64,000 nt of DNA from an uncultured bacterium (GTDB taxonomy: Bacteria > Babelota > Babeliae > Babelales > Vermiphilaceae). Below are positions 9,197-19,635 of the stretch, in pieces. The notes beneath the pieces are model-generated. The model was given only the letters and a program-made list of their open reading frames with translations. It was not told where the DNA came from and ran no database searches. Positions within the stretch are counted from its first letter, which is position 1. Each line of letters starts with the position of its first letter. The DNA is taken from NCBI GenBank assembly GCA_963727255.1, contig CAVSFC010000002.1, positions 512,001-576,000 on the forward strand, written 5' to 3'. The translations under genes were made by a program, and so were the position numbers.

Positions 9197-9385
9197 ATGA
9201 GAAAGTATTTTGATATGGTAGGTAAAAAATTTGGTAATGCCCGCGAAAAGATGTCAGGATACTGGCGCCGCGTGATGAATCACTCTAATGAAAAGAGTAT
9301 GTCCGAAGGCGCGCAAGAAAGTAATAAATTAATTACTTCAGCGCACAAAGATCAATGGCGCCGAAATACTAAGAAATCTCAGTAG
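9197..9385 (+). CDS. Small basic hypothetical protein (62 aa)
   Basis: Strong GAGGAG RBS before ATG 9197 and an upstream promoter-like sequence. Confidence 0.55.
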   Translation: MRKYFDMVGKKFGNAREKMSGYWRRVMNHSNEKSMSEGAQESNKLITSAHKDQWRRNTKKSQ

Positions 9386-9806
9386 GCTTACGCTTTGCCA
9401 GCTCTTCGCTCAGTTCAGCGATACGATCGCGTGCTTTATTCTTTTCATATTGCAAGGTAAATGGAGCTTTAATCAGATCTATTAATAGTTCGATTGTTCG
9501 GAATATATCTCTTACATTTTCTCGATCGCTCTGACCATGAACTGCTCTGATTAAAAAAAGCGCCCCACATGTCGCGCATAAAATACTGCCAATAACTGCC
9601 GCAGGTTGTAAAAGTGAACTGATCGTTACGGTATTATTCTCACGTATTAATTGCATAAAAATTCGTTTTGCTTTCCACTTAGTATAATCAGGCGGTGTGG
9701 TCGTGATCACAATAGTTCCTTGCAGAGGGACTTCTTCAGCTTTGATACTGCAAAAACCAGGGATGAGCAAACTAAAAAAAAATGAAAATTTTATAACGGT
9801 ATTCAT
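9369..9806 (-). CDS. Hypothetical secreted/membrane protein
   Basis: Start MNTVIKF after GAGG; signal peptide and one internal hydrophobic helix. Confidence 0.7.
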   Translation of the reverse strand: MNTVIKFSFFFSLLIPGFCSIKAEEVPLQGTIVITTTPPDYTKWKAKRIFMQLIRENNTVTISSLLQPAAVIGSILCATCGALFLIRAVHGQSDRENVRDIFRTIELLIDLIKAPFTLQYEKNKARDRIAELSEELAKRKPTEIS

Positions 9807-9816
9807 GTTTTTTTCC

Positions 9817-10251
9817 TCAAACAATGAGCGATGCATCGGGATTTTGTGCCAGATGCTCATTAATTTCATCAATATTATAGCGTGCAAGAATTTTTTTATT
9901 TTCCAAACACAAATAAAGCGCTGCGAATGTGGGTGTTGCTGCTGCGCATGCGAGTATGCCCAGCGATGCACTTGGATGCCATTTTTTATTGAGCACATTA
10001 GTAGTGCATAGTAAAACCCCTGCTGCTGAAAGTAAGGTGAGCAATGCGCAGGGAACTTGGCCGGCGCAATACAAAAATACATCATTTTTTAGTTTTTTTA
10101 ATTCAGTAATTAATGTGCGCATATTCCATGTGCTATAATCAGGGCATTCATCAATAACAGAAAGGTCTGCTTGGATAGTAACTTGATCTGCTTGCAGCGT
10201 ATTAGTTAATGCTACCATTAAAAATAATGAAAAAAATATTTTAGGAACCAT
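9817..10251 (-). CDS. Hypothetical secreted/membrane protein
   Basis: GAGG RBS, signal peptide ending LQA, two hydrophobic helices. Confidence 0.75.
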   Translation of the reverse strand: MVPKIFFSLFLMVALTNTLQADQVTIQADLSVIDECPDYSTWNMRTLITELKKLKNDVFLYCAGQVPCALLTLLSAAGVLLCTTNVLNKKWHPSASLGILACAAATPTFAALYLCLENKKILARYNIDEINEHLAQNPDASLIV

Positions 10252-10374
10252 ATATGAGCCTCAATTAATGTTTTTAAATGGTATTGAGGTTAAAAAGATA
10301 TTTTATTTTGTCAAATGAAATATGCTAGGAATAAGAGTTTATCCGAAAATTATCGTCTTAATAAAATTTATAAT

Positions 10375-10440
10375 CCGCTCGTGGTGAGCTCGTCGAACCA
10401 TTCGAGCGCTCGAATCCTTCGATAAACTCAGGACGAGCGG
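10375..10440. repeat. Palindromic repeat family A, copy 3 (arms in swapped order)
   Basis: ccgctcgtggtgagctcgtcgaacca-ttcgagcgctcgaa-tccttcgataaactcaggacgagcgg, in the tkt leader. Confidence 0.85.
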
Positions 10441-10494
10441 TCTTTCGAATTTTCGGCTAAGCTACAAACGTATTTCAGAAATAAGGATAGGTAC

Positions 10495-12441
10495 ATGTTG
10501 CACGGACAAAAAAAATTTCTTGAACACAAAGCATATAAAATTCGTCTTGAATCTTTGCAGATGACAACCGAGGCTGGATCGGGACATCCAACTTCAGCTC
10601 TTTCAGCTGCCGATCTCGTTGCAGCATTATTTTTTTATGCAATGCATTTTGATCCTAACAATTTTAACAATCTTGATAATGATCATTTTATTCTTTCAAA
10701 AGGCCATGCAAGCCCTGTGTTATATGCAGCATGGAAAGAATTAGGAAAAATCTCTGAGCAGCAATTAATGAGCTATCGGCAATTTGGTTCGCCAATTGAA
10801 GGTCATGCAACGCACAGATTTGCCTATGCTGAAGCAGCGACTGGATCATTGGGCATTGGTCTTTCAATTGGAGCGGGAATGGCGCTTGCAGACCGATTAG
10901 ATGGGCGCAATAATCGTATCTTCGTGATGATGGGCGATAGCGAGCTCACCGAAGGCTCAGTTTGGGAAGCAGCAGAAATTGCAGCCTATTATAAACTACA
11001 TAATCTTATTGGCATTGTTGATTGCAATCGATTGGGGCAAAGCACTGAAACGATTCACGGGTATCATGCGCAACGTTATGCGCAAAAATTCGAAGCATTT
11101 GGCTGGAAAACATTGGTAATTGATGGGCATGATATGCAGCAAATTATTACCGCTCTTGATAAAGCACGGACTGCCCAAGATCATCCGACGATGATCATTG
11201 CAAAAACGATTAAAGGATACGGGGTTGATCGGGTTGAAAATAAAGAAGGATTTCACGGCAAAGCATTTACTCACGAAGAGTTAAAAGAAATTCTGCCTCA
11301 ATTTGAACAACGATTTGCTTCGGCAGCTGCCAATGGCAGCTCATTTAAATGGGAGCCTACTCTTCCGGAAGTTAATAACCGCTCGAATCCTTCGACGGAC
11401 TCAGGACGAGCGGGGGGGAATATCGCAAAAGTTAAAGAAAAATCCGGTCGTGGTGAGCTTGTCGAACCATTCGAGCGGATTATAATCAAAGAACCTGGCT
11501 ATAAAAAAGGAGAAATGATCGCGACTCGAAAAGCCTACGGCCTTGCAATTACCGCTCTGGGAGCAGCATGCAAACAAGTGGTGAGTTTGGATGCGGAAGT
11601 AAAGAATTCAACATTTGCAGAAATTTTTGAAAATAAATATCCCGAAAGATTTTTCCAATGCTTTGTTGCAGAGCAGAATATGGTTGGTATGGGCATCGGC
11701 TTCGCGCGGTGCAACAAAATTCCATTTATTTCTACATTCTCATGTTTCATGACTCGCGCGCACGATCAAATCCGTATGGCTGCGATCGGTACAAGCCCTT
11801 TGCGGTTGTGCGGCTCACATGCGGGAGTTTCCATCGGGCAAGATGGCCCTTCCCAGATGGGATTGGAAGATATTGCGATGATGCGTGCACTTCCAGAATC
11901 AATTGTGCTTTATCCATGCGATTCAGTGAGCACTTATGCATTAGTAAATCAAATGGCAAATTATATCAGTGGTATTTCATATCTGCGCACAACTCGTGGA
12001 GCAACACCGGTAATTTATGATAACAATGAAAAATTTCCCATCGGTGGTTGCAAGCTGATTAAATCGAGTGGTGCTGATAGTGCTTTAATAGTTGCGGCTG
12101 GAATTACTTTGCATGAAGCGCTTAAGGCATATGATCTGCTCATTAAAGAGGGCATTTCGATTGCAGTGATCGATTTATATAGTGTTAAGCCACTTGATCT
12201 AAAAACAATTGAGCAGGTAGCCACCCGATCAGGGGATCGCATCATCACCGTTGAGGATCATTATTTGCAAGGCGGCTTAGGCGAAGCAGTAACATTTGCA
12301 CTGCGTAATACTGCGCTGGAAATTCATTGCCTTGCCGTAACAAAGTTGCCGATGTCTGGAAAGCCTGAAGAATTACTCGCATGGGCAGGCATTGATGCTA
12401 GTTCGATTGTGAAAAAAGTGAAAGAGCTGACTAAAAAATAA
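10495..12441 (+). CDS. tkt: Transketolase
   Basis: GSGHPTS, SKGHA, TGSLG, GDSELTEG (TPP motif), AEQNMVG, GQDGPSQMG, VEDHY. Confidence 0.95.
   Translation: MLHGQKKFLEHKAYKIRLESLQMTTEAGSGHPTSALSAADLVAALFFYAMHFDPNNFNNLDNDHFILSKGHASPVLYAAWKELGKISEQQLMSYRQFGSPIEGHATHRFAYAEAATGSLGIGLSIGAGMALADRLDGRNNRIFVMMGDSELTEGSVWEAAEIAAYYKLHNLIGIVDCNRLGQSTETIHGYHAQRYAQKFEAFGWKTLVIDGHDMQQIITALDKARTAQDHPTMIIAKTIKGYGVDRVENKEGFHGKAFTHEELKEILPQFEQRFASAAANGSSFKWEPTLPEVNNRSNPSTDSGRAGGNIAKVKEKSGRGELVEPFERIIIKEPGYKKGEMIATRKAYGLAITALGAACKQVVSLDAEVKNSTFAEIFENKYPERFFQCFVAEQNMVGMGIGFARCNKIPFISTFSCFMTRAHDQIRMAAIGTSPLRLCGSHAGVSIGQDGPSQMGLEDIAMMRALPESIVLYPCDSVSTYALVNQMANYISGISYLRTTRGATPVIYDNNEKFPIGGCKLIKSSGADSALIVAAGITLHEALKAYDLLIKEGISIAVIDLYSVKPLDLKTIEQVATRSGDRIITVEDHYLQGGLGEAVTFALRNTALEIHCLAVTKLPMSGKPEELLAWAGIDASSIVKKVKELTKK
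11379..11478. repeat. Palindromic repeat family A, copy 4, in-frame inside tkt
   Basis: ccgctcgaatccttcgacggactcaggacgagcgg ... ccggtcgtggtgagcttgtcgaaccattcgagcgg. Confidence 0.88.
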
Positions 12442-12447
12442 GTATTA

Positions 12448-13101
12448 TTATTGTAAGCCTTTGCGATTTTTGTATGCATCAAGCAAGTATTCTTGGAGGC
12501 TATTGAGTCCCATAACTTCGCGCTTCTCATTAAGCGCTTCAAAATTTTCATCGGTTAAATACCCGCTATTGAATCCCGCAATTGGTAATAGCAATTGACC
12601 ATTTTCATCGAGTTGCGTTCCATATTCTTGGGGTAAGTTACGATTGACTCGAAATCTATCAGTAAGAAAGGCGATTTGATAGGGCAAAATATGGTTTTGC
12701 TCCATTTCTTTTATCATGAGTTTCAAACACCCAAATTGAAAATCTGGATCTTCATCGGCATTGAGCGCCATCATCCAGGCAGAATGAGCGGCCACTGCAT
12801 CAAACTTTTGCATACAGGGCCAACCATACTGCGCAATGATTTTTTTTAATTTTGTAACATGGGCTCTGTTGCGAGCGCTTAATTCATAGAAATATTGTTT
12901 GCGCGGCACTAATTTTTCTTCTCGAGCCATTCGCGCTCTAATTTGTTGATTTTGAGCAAACAGTACTTTTAATTCTTCTGAAACATAATCCTGCATAATC
13001 AATGAGATCTGTGATTCAGGTTCGTGCAAGGGCTCGCTTTCCATACCATTAATACAAAGCGATGATAAGAGTAGAAAAGAAGTTACGAAGAGTACAAACA
13101 T
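12448..13101 (-). CDS. Secreted DUF6624-like protein
   Basis: IIAQYGWP, AWMMALNAD.DPDFQ, AFLTDR.RVN..LPQEYGTQ; signal peptide followed by MESE. Confidence 0.75.
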   Translation of the reverse strand: MFVLFVTSFLLLSSLCINGMESEPLHEPESQISLIMQDYVSEELKVLFAQNQQIRARMAREEKLVPRKQYFYELSARNRAHVTKLKKIIAQYGWPCMQKFDAVAAHSAWMMALNADEDPDFQFGCLKLMIKEMEQNHILPYQIAFLTDRFRVNRNLPQEYGTQLDENGQLLLPIAGFNSGYLTDENFEALNEKREVMGLNSLQEYLLDAYKNRKGLQ

Positions 13102-13127
13102 AGCTGTGGTGCCCTCTTTGGATTAGT

Positions 13128-14078
13128 TCATGCTAAAATTTTTAGTTTACTTTTGGTATTGATGCATAAGCATTTATCTTTTTTTGACCAATCAGACTCA
13201 GATAGTTTAGCGGATTGCCTCCATGAATCGATCTCTTGGATAATGCTTGGAATTTGTGCCATAAATTTCCGTTTTACAAATTCAATATGCATGATTGAGC
13301 GATTGTTAAGCTTGATTGCCACCTGTTCAATTTTCTCATGAGCAGGGAAAAATCGTTCAGAAAATAATGCCTGAGTTTCTTTTTGTTGTAAACCCTGAGG
13401 ATCAATAATTTGCAAGATATCGAGCATTGAATAGAGCGAATATACTTTTCCAAAGCAATTGGCACATGCATACTGCTTGGTTTGTTTTTGCACCGGAGTG
13501 CCCATCAAAATGAGCTGGTTAACAAAGAAAGAAGTATCTTCAGAGTCTTTAACCTGTGCAAGCAGTAGGATTACATTGCCACCATGGCTATGCGCCAACA
13601 TTCGTATAAATGGTTCAACCCCATATTTTTTTTTATATTCTTGGCGAACTTGCTTTAAATCAAGATACAGCTTACGAGCGGCAATCTCACGTTCTTTGAA
13701 TGAAAGCTTGCCATTCCACCCAAAAAGGTAAAAATATTCGGCGCAAAATTGCTCTGGATCAGCTTCGATTAATGTAGCGGCTAATTTGCGTTGATGATAT
13801 TTTTCATCAATAGAGGTGTAATGGTTCAATCCCGGTTTGCTAAAGAAAAATTGCTCAAACATTCCATCAGGCAATAAGCGTGTGCCGTGAACCCAAATTG
13901 TTATGGAAGGGAGTGCTGGTTGAGCCTCTTGAATATTGATGGCAGTTTGAATCGGTTTGGCCGGAGTTGTAGTATTTCTAACATCAAAATGCCTCACCAT
14001 CGGTTTTTGAACGATTTGCATGCATCCTGGGATAAGAAAGGTAGTAGAAAGAAGAGCTAAAAATACGTTATTTTGCAT
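13128..14078 (-). CDS. Alpha/beta-hydrolase-fold lipoprotein (lipase-like)
   Basis: Lipobox-like IPGC; WVHGT; nucleophile elbow AHSHGG; MGTP. Confidence 0.75.
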   Translation of the reverse strand: MQNNVFLALLSTTFLIPGCMQIVQKPMVRHFDVRNTTTPAKPIQTAINIQEAQPALPSITIWVHGTRLLPDGMFEQFFFSKPGLNHYTSIDEKYHQRKLAATLIEADPEQFCAEYFYLFGWNGKLSFKEREIAARKLYLDLKQVRQEYKKKYGVEPFIRMLAHSHGGNVILLLAQVKDSEDTSFFVNQLILMGTPVQKQTKQYACANCFGKVYSLYSMLDILQIIDPQGLQQKETQALFSERFFPAHEKIEQVAIKLNNRSIMHIEFVKRKFMAQIPSIIQEIDSWRQSAKLSESDWSKKDKCLCINTKSKLKILA

Positions 14079-14172
14079 AAAAATACCCCTGTATATCTTT
14101 AGTTTAGCAGGAGTATTTTAATTTGCCAGATAAGTTATATTTGCAATTTGTAAACTATCTCTATCTGGGCAT

Positions 14173-14637
14173 TTATTTATCAGCAAGTTCTGCTTCAGCA
14201 AAAACGCCACTCACTTTTTGGGTGAAGTTAGGGTTATCAACATAGCCAAGGAAACGGTCCACTTTTTTGTTATCACGAGTAAAAGTAACCTGTTTTTCTT
14301 TTCTGAAGAAGATAAACGTTGGATAATTATAGATTTTATACTCTTTGTGGAGGCCCAGCCCATCTTGGACGCTTACTTTGGCAAATTTGATATGCGGCAA
14401 TGCGCTAGCGGTTTGTTTGAAGATACCCTTACGCTGGAACGCCTGGCAAACGGGGCAATTAAGATCATGGAATTCAACAACTGCTAAAGGATTAGCCTTT
14501 AAGAACTGATCAAGTTCTTGGGAAGTTTTTATATCGATAATGGGATTATCGATAACAGCATAGAGCATGGTGGCTGCTTTAAGCGCCGCTAAACCGAGCA
14601 TCGTCGAGATAAATATTCTTTTAACATTAATTTTCAT
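14173..14637 (-). CDS. Thioredoxin-fold protein with N-terminal signal/anchor
   Basis: VVEFH..NCPVC and YPTFIFF motifs. Confidence 0.85.
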   Translation of the reverse strand: MKINVKRIFISTMLGLAALKAATMLYAVIDNPIIDIKTSQELDQFLKANPLAVVEFHDLNCPVCQAFQRKGIFKQTASALPHIKFAKVSVQDGLGLHKEYKIYNYPTFIFFRKEKQVTFTRDNKKVDRFLGYVDNPNFTQKVSGVFAEAELADK

Positions 14638-15299
14638 TGTTTTTCCTCTTTTTCTTTAAGATATTCTTTTAATCCGTCTTCAGTCGCGGTCATGCCTTTT
14701 TGGCCTTTGGCCCAATTGGCAGGGCATACTTGGCCATGTTCTTGAGTGAATAAAATGGCATCAAGTATGCGCAAAACTTCATTAATTTCCCGGCCGATGC
14801 TTAAGTTGTAAATGGATCGGGCCTGCACAATATTATTTTTATCGATGATTACCAGTCCACGCAGTGCAACTCCTTCATTTTCATCAAGGACCTGATATTC
14901 AGTAGAGATTTTTTTGGTAATATCAGAAGCTACCGGATAGGTAATGCCTTGAATGCCGCCTTCATTGCGCGGCTCTTCAAGCCAACGCTGATGAGAGTAG
15001 ATTTGATCGACTGAAATGGCGATTAATACGGTATTGCGCTCTTCAAAATCTTTTAATTTTTCTTGGAATGCGAATAGTTCTGTGGGGCATATGAATGAGA
15101 AATCAGCAGGATAAAAAATAAGAATCTTGTTTTTGCCGGCATAATCGGAGAGTGAAATTTCCTTAATTTCCCCGTTAAAAACAGCTTTTGCCTTGAATTC
15201 GGGGGCAGGCTTGCCCACCAAAGTGAAGCATGCTCCCTGAACGATGCCAGGAACGAGCAAAAAACTCAGCAAAATGCTTTTTAGTACTAGGCTTTTCAT
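14634..15299 (-). CDS. ahpC: 2-Cys peroxiredoxin (AhpC/TSA) with signal peptide
   Basis: FYPADFSFICPTE, ALRGLVIID, GR...E.LR, VCPANW. Confidence 0.92.
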   Translation of the reverse strand: MKSLVLKSILLSFLLVPGIVQGACFTLVGKPAPEFKAKAVFNGEIKEISLSDYAGKNKILIFYPADFSFICPTELFAFQEKLKDFEERNTVLIAISVDQIYSHQRWLEEPRNEGGIQGITYPVASDITKKISTEYQVLDENEGVALRGLVIIDKNNIVQARSIYNLSIGREINEVLRILDAILFTQEHGQVCPANWAKGQKGMTATEDGLKEYLKEKEEKQ

Positions 15300-15504
15300 A
15301 AGCAAAAAGCTCCCTTTTGCGCCAATTCATAAAGAAATATGATGGCTTAGTTAAAGGTTTATTAATTCAATATAATTATACTACTTGTCAATTTTGAAAA
15401 TCAAGGGTTTAAATAGGCGATCAATATCGCCATTCAGAGAGCAGATCTGCTATCTTTGGGCTGATTTGTATGCTATAATAAAAATAAACACCAGAGGTGA
15501 ACAC

Positions 15505-15936
15505 ATGAATATCCAAATCTGGCTATGGAGTATCCTAGCTCTCGTCTTCCTGATCCTCGAAATTGGTCATCCCGGTCTTTTTTATTTCATTTCATTTTGT
15601 TTTGGCGCTCTCAATGCTGCGCTCTTTGCATTTCTTGGCTATTCCGCTTTTTTTCAAGCAATAACTTTTTTTATAGCAACAATCGTTGCACTTTTTCTGT
15701 TGCGCAGATGCGTTAAACGTATGCGGCGTGGCACGCATGCTACAAACGTGTTCGCCTTGATTGGCAAGAAGGGCATTGTTATTGAGCAAGTGGGCCCTGA
15801 GCAACCTGGTTACGTCAAAATCCAGGGTGAAGTATGGCTTGCGCGTTCAGTTGCACAAGCTCCTTTGCCGGAAGGGAGCAAGATAACCGTTATCGATGTG
15901 CGTGGGGCACATCTGATTGTTGATCAAACTCATTAA
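15505..15936 (+). CDS. NfeD-like membrane protein
   Basis: Hydrophobic N-terminus; LIGKKG.V, GYVKIQGEVWLARS OB-fold; upstream of an SPFH gene. Confidence 0.88.
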   Translation: MNIQIWLWSILALVFLILEIGHPGLFYFISFCFGALNAALFAFLGYSAFFQAITFFIATIVALFLLRRCVKRMRRGTHATNVFALIGKKGIVIEQVGPEQPGYVKIQGEVWLARSVAQAPLPEGSKITVIDVRGAHLIVDQTH

Positions 15937-15953
15937 TATTAGGAGGATATCCT

Positions 15954-16952
15954 ATGGATATTTTTACCATGTATCTGGTATATGGGACCCTTTTCGCGCT
16001 CGGATTTCTTGCGCTCATGATTTTTGTAAGCAAAATGGTATATCTGGTCCGGCAAGCAGAATCGATAATCATCGAGCGGCTGGGCAAATATGATCGCACG
16101 CTTGGGCCTGGATTGCATGTGGTAATGCCATTTATTGAACGGCCTCGTGGCGCTTTATGGAGTTTTTTTGAGCACATTGATGGTCGGCGCTATCAGCGCT
16201 ACAGCAATTATGTAACGCGTATTGATATGCGTGAATCGGTCTATGATTTTCCAAAGCAAAATGTGATCACCAAAGATAACGTGACCATGGAAATCAGCGC
16301 ATTGCTCTATTATCAAATTACTGATCCAAAGGCAGCAATTTATGAAGTTGCTAATTTGCCTGAAGCAATTGAAAAGCTTACGCAAACAACTTTGCGAAAT
16401 GTGATTGGAGCGATGGATCTTGATCAAACATTGGTGTCTCGCGATTATATTAATGAAAAGTTGCGCATCATTCTTGATGAAGCAAGCGATAAATGGGGCG
16501 TTAAGGTAAATCGCGTTGAGCTGCAAGAAGTAAATCCGCCTGCTGATATTCGTCATGCAATGGAAAAACAGATGCGTGCCGAGCGTGATCGCCGTGCATT
16601 AATTTTAGAAGCAGAAGGATTAAAGCGGCTGCAATTTTAAAAGCTGAAGGGGTTCAAGAATCTGATGTCTTGCAAGCCAAGGGTGAAGCGCAAGCGCGAA
16701 TCATTAATGCTGAATCCGAAGCTGAAGCGCGCTTAAAGATTGCGCAAGCTGAAGCAGAAGCGATTGATGATGATGCAAAAGGCGATACCCAATGGCGATC
16801 CAATGCCGTATCTTATTGGCATGCAATATATCAAAACATTGCCTGAAATGATGAAAGGCAAAGATGATAAGATGATCTTGGTTCCGTATGAAGCCAGCTC
16901 TTTGGTTGGATCATTGGCTTCGATTAAGAAGATTTTTGAAAACATTAAATAA
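15954..16952 (+). CDS. SPFH/band-7 (QmcA/stomatin-like) protein, interrupted by two frameshifts (~16628, ~16764)
   Basis: IIERLGKY, VITKDNV, LRNVIG, WGVKVNRVE, QMRAER. The middle segment AAILKAEG...AEAEAI is in a second frame and YLIGMQYIKTL is in a third. Confidence 0.85.
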
Positions 16953-16971
16953 AAATATTCGATTTATTATA

Positions 16972-17021
16972 AGGCCTCCCGAGGCTTGGCGCTAATGCCG
17001 GCAATGGGAGGTCTTATTTTT
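16972..17021 (+). terminator. Probable terminator
   Basis: aggcctccc...gggaggtct stem followed by a T-run. Confidence 0.5.
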
Positions 17022-17134
17022 CTATGAAAACCCTTTAATTACAGCATTTCTTTATATTTATTTACAAATAGAAATCATAAATGATACCCTTGGAATAGAA
17101 AGATATAGTTCAGAATAAACAAGGGAATTTTGCT

Positions 17135-18373
17135 ATGAAACGGCTATTACTCATTCTCAGCACACTTGTGCTTTCGGCCCAGGCAATGGAATTGCCACCG
17201 AGAGAGGCCAAACAGCTTTCATTGCTGGAGCTTTTACCCGATGAGCTTAAGGTACAAATTTTCCAAGCATTAACCTCAGTCGAAACAGAAAAAAAAGATG
17301 TGGCCCTAGCGCAAGCTGCCAAAAATATTCGTGCCTTGAGTGTAACAAGCAAGACATTTGCAATTTTAGCAAAAGATAAAATATTGACTGGTGAACTTAT
17401 TAAAGAATTAGCTCAACGCTATACCGATGGCGATTTGGTTAAAGCAGCCATTGCATTAGGAACTGATGCAGCGAGTGAATGGATCACCTCTCTAGAAAAT
17501 CCATATATCCAAGGTGCCATCTCGGATAAATTGGTGGAAGCATGTAAGAAAGGTGACATTAAAGTTATGCAGTTTTTATTGAAGTATCTTCCTAAAGATC
17601 GAGTAGATGTGGAGGTGGATGGTAAAACTCCATTAATGATTGCTGCTCAATCGGGAGATGAAAAGGTTGTTGATTTATTGCTTGTTGCGGGAGCAGATGT
17701 TAATGCGCAAGATGATAAATTCAAGCAGACTCCTTTGATGCAAGCAGTAATTGGATCTGGATATCCAGGAGCCCTTTTAGTAATAGAGCGCTTATTGAAA
17801 GCACCATTGATTGATCTTAAGAAAAAAAATTGGCGCGGAAATACTGCATTGCAAGTAGCTATACTATTTCCCCGAGGTGATGAGTATGCAATAGTAAATA
17901 AGTTAATTGGGGCGGGAGCGGATGTTAACACCCAAAATAATGACGGTCAAACTCCTCTCATGAATCTAATTCATGGGGTTAATATAAGCAAAACAAGAGA
18001 ACTCGTAGATTTATTACTTTTTGCGGGCGCGGATCCAAATATACAAGATAATGAAGGAACTACTGCATTGATGATAGCTTCAAATTATAGCTCACAATTT
18101 TTAGTGCAATTGTTGCTAAGTAACAATGCTGCTAAAGCAGGTATTGATAAGCAGGACAATCGAGGGCAAACAGCATTAATTATAGCCGCGCGATGGGGGC
18201 TTTATGATATAGTTGACCAGTTACTTGAGGCGGGTGCAGATCCGAATTTAAAAGATAAAAATGGCGCTACTGCATTATGGTATTTACAAGAGTCATCGAG
18301 GATGGCTAAAGCGAGCTCTCCTGAGAAGAGGGCTGCGATCATTACATTGCTCAAGGAATATGGAGCAAAATAA
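17135..18373 (+). CDS. Secreted ankyrin-repeat protein with F-box-like N-terminus (paralog 1)
   Basis: Signal peptide AQA followed by MELP; LLELLPDELKVQIF; multiple G.TPLM.AA/GADVN repeats. Confidence 0.92.
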   Translation: MKRLLLILSTLVLSAQAMELPPREAKQLSLLELLPDELKVQIFQALTSVETEKKDVALAQAAKNIRALSVTSKTFAILAKDKILTGELIKELAQRYTDGDLVKAAIALGTDAASEWITSLENPYIQGAISDKLVEACKKGDIKVMQFLLKYLPKDRVDVEVDGKTPLMIAAQSGDEKVVDLLLVAGADVNAQDDKFKQTPLMQAVIGSGYPGALLVIERLLKAPLIDLKKKNWRGNTALQVAILFPRGDEYAIVNKLIGAGADVNTQNNDGQTPLMNLIHGVNISKTRELVDLLLFAGADPNIQDNEGTTALMIASNYSSQFLVQLLLSNNAAKAGIDKQDNRGQTALIIAARWGLYDIVDQLLEAGADPNLKDKNGATALWYLQESSRMAKASSPEKRAAIITLLKEYGAK

Positions 18374-19635
18374 TGAAAAAAAATATTAATTTATTACTGC
18401 TCGCAACATTAACATTCTCGGCACAGGCAATGGAATTGCCAACCAAGCAGCTTTCTTTGCTTGAGGTTTTACCCGATGAGCTTAAGGTGGAAATTTTCAA
18501 AGCCTTAACCTCAGTTGAAAAAGAAACAAAAGATAAGGCATTAGCGCAAGCTGCCAAAAATATTCGTGCCTTGAGTGTAACGAGTAGCACATTTGCAGTT
18601 TTAGCGAAAGATAAAAAATTGACCGGTGAGCTTATTAAAGAATTAGCGGACCGATATACCGATGGCGATTTGGTTAAAGCAGCCATTGCATTAGGAACTG
18701 ATGCAGCGAGCGAATGGATTACATCTCAAGAGAATCTCTCTGTTCAAGGTGCTATATCGGAAAAGCTTATGCAAGCGAGCAAGGATGGAAATATAGCAGT
18801 TGCGAAGTTCTTATTGAAGTATTTGCCAAAAGATCGAGTGGATGTAATGGTAAATGGTCAAACGTCATTAATGGTTGCTTCAGCCTGGGGCCAGATAAAG
18901 ATTATTGACTTGTTGCTTGCCGCAGGAGCTGATGTTAATGCCCAAGGCTTTTTTGGAACTCCTTTGACCCTTGCATTACGTATCAGTACATACCCTGGAT
19001 CACCGGAGTATGAGGAAAATGCAGTTAATGCAGTAGTAGAACGATTATTAAAAGTGCCATCGATTAACCTTAATGAAAAAAACGATAACGGAGATACAGC
19101 ATTACAACTCGTGATAGGAGTGTATGGAGATGCCGCATATTCATTAGCAAAACAGCTAATCGCCAGTGGCGCAGAAGTAAATACGAAAAATCTTTCAGGA
19201 GAGACTCCTCTTATGGATGCAGTCTCCGGGGATTCTATACTGATAATAGATTTATTATTTTTTGCCGGTGCAGATCCAAATATTCAGAGTAACAATGGAA
19301 ATACTGCCTTGATGATTGCTGCAAGGAGTGGCGCCAAAGATATGGTGCAAGCATTGCTTAATGCAAAAGCTGATCTTAATAAAAAGAATAATGATGGTCT
19401 AACGGCATTATATATAGCGTGGACCCACGATAATTTTGATGTCGTGGAACAGCTTCTTCGAGCTGGCGCAGATCCAAATATTGAAGATAATCTGGGGTAT
19501 TCTTTCCTAGAAAGGGTGGATCTTCCAGCAACTACATCGAGAGATGAACTTATTGCATGGGTTAAAGCGCAGGCTAAAAGACATCAGATCGAAGTTGGAG
19601 AATATGAATATCCGGCTGAAGAGGATGAAGAATAA
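18373..19635 (+). CDS. Secreted ankyrin-repeat protein (paralog 2)
   Basis: Same N-terminal domain as paralog 1, ankyrin repeats, acidic tail. Confidence 0.92.
   Translation: MKKNINLLLLATLTFSAQAMELPTKQLSLLEVLPDELKVEIFKALTSVEKETKDKALAQAAKNIRALSVTSSTFAVLAKDKKLTGELIKELADRYTDGDLVKAAIALGTDAASEWITSQENLSVQGAISEKLMQASKDGNIAVAKFLLKYLPKDRVDVMVNGQTSLMVASAWGQIKIIDLLLAAGADVNAQGFFGTPLTLALRISTYPGSPEYEENAVNAVVERLLKVPSINLNEKNDNGDTALQLVIGVYGDAAYSLAKQLIASGAEVNTKNLSGETPLMDAVSGDSILIIDLLFFAGADPNIQSNNGNTALMIAARSGAKDMVQALLNAKADLNKKNNDGLTALYIAWTHDNFDVVEQLLRAGADPNIEDNLGYSFLERVDLPATTSRDELIAWVKAQAKRHQIEVGEYEYPAEEDEE

Noticed and set aside
16620..16770. Programmed frameshifting in the SPFH gene
   Set aside because: Two separate shifts would be needed and no canonical slippery site with stimulator was evident; sequencing error is more parsimonious.
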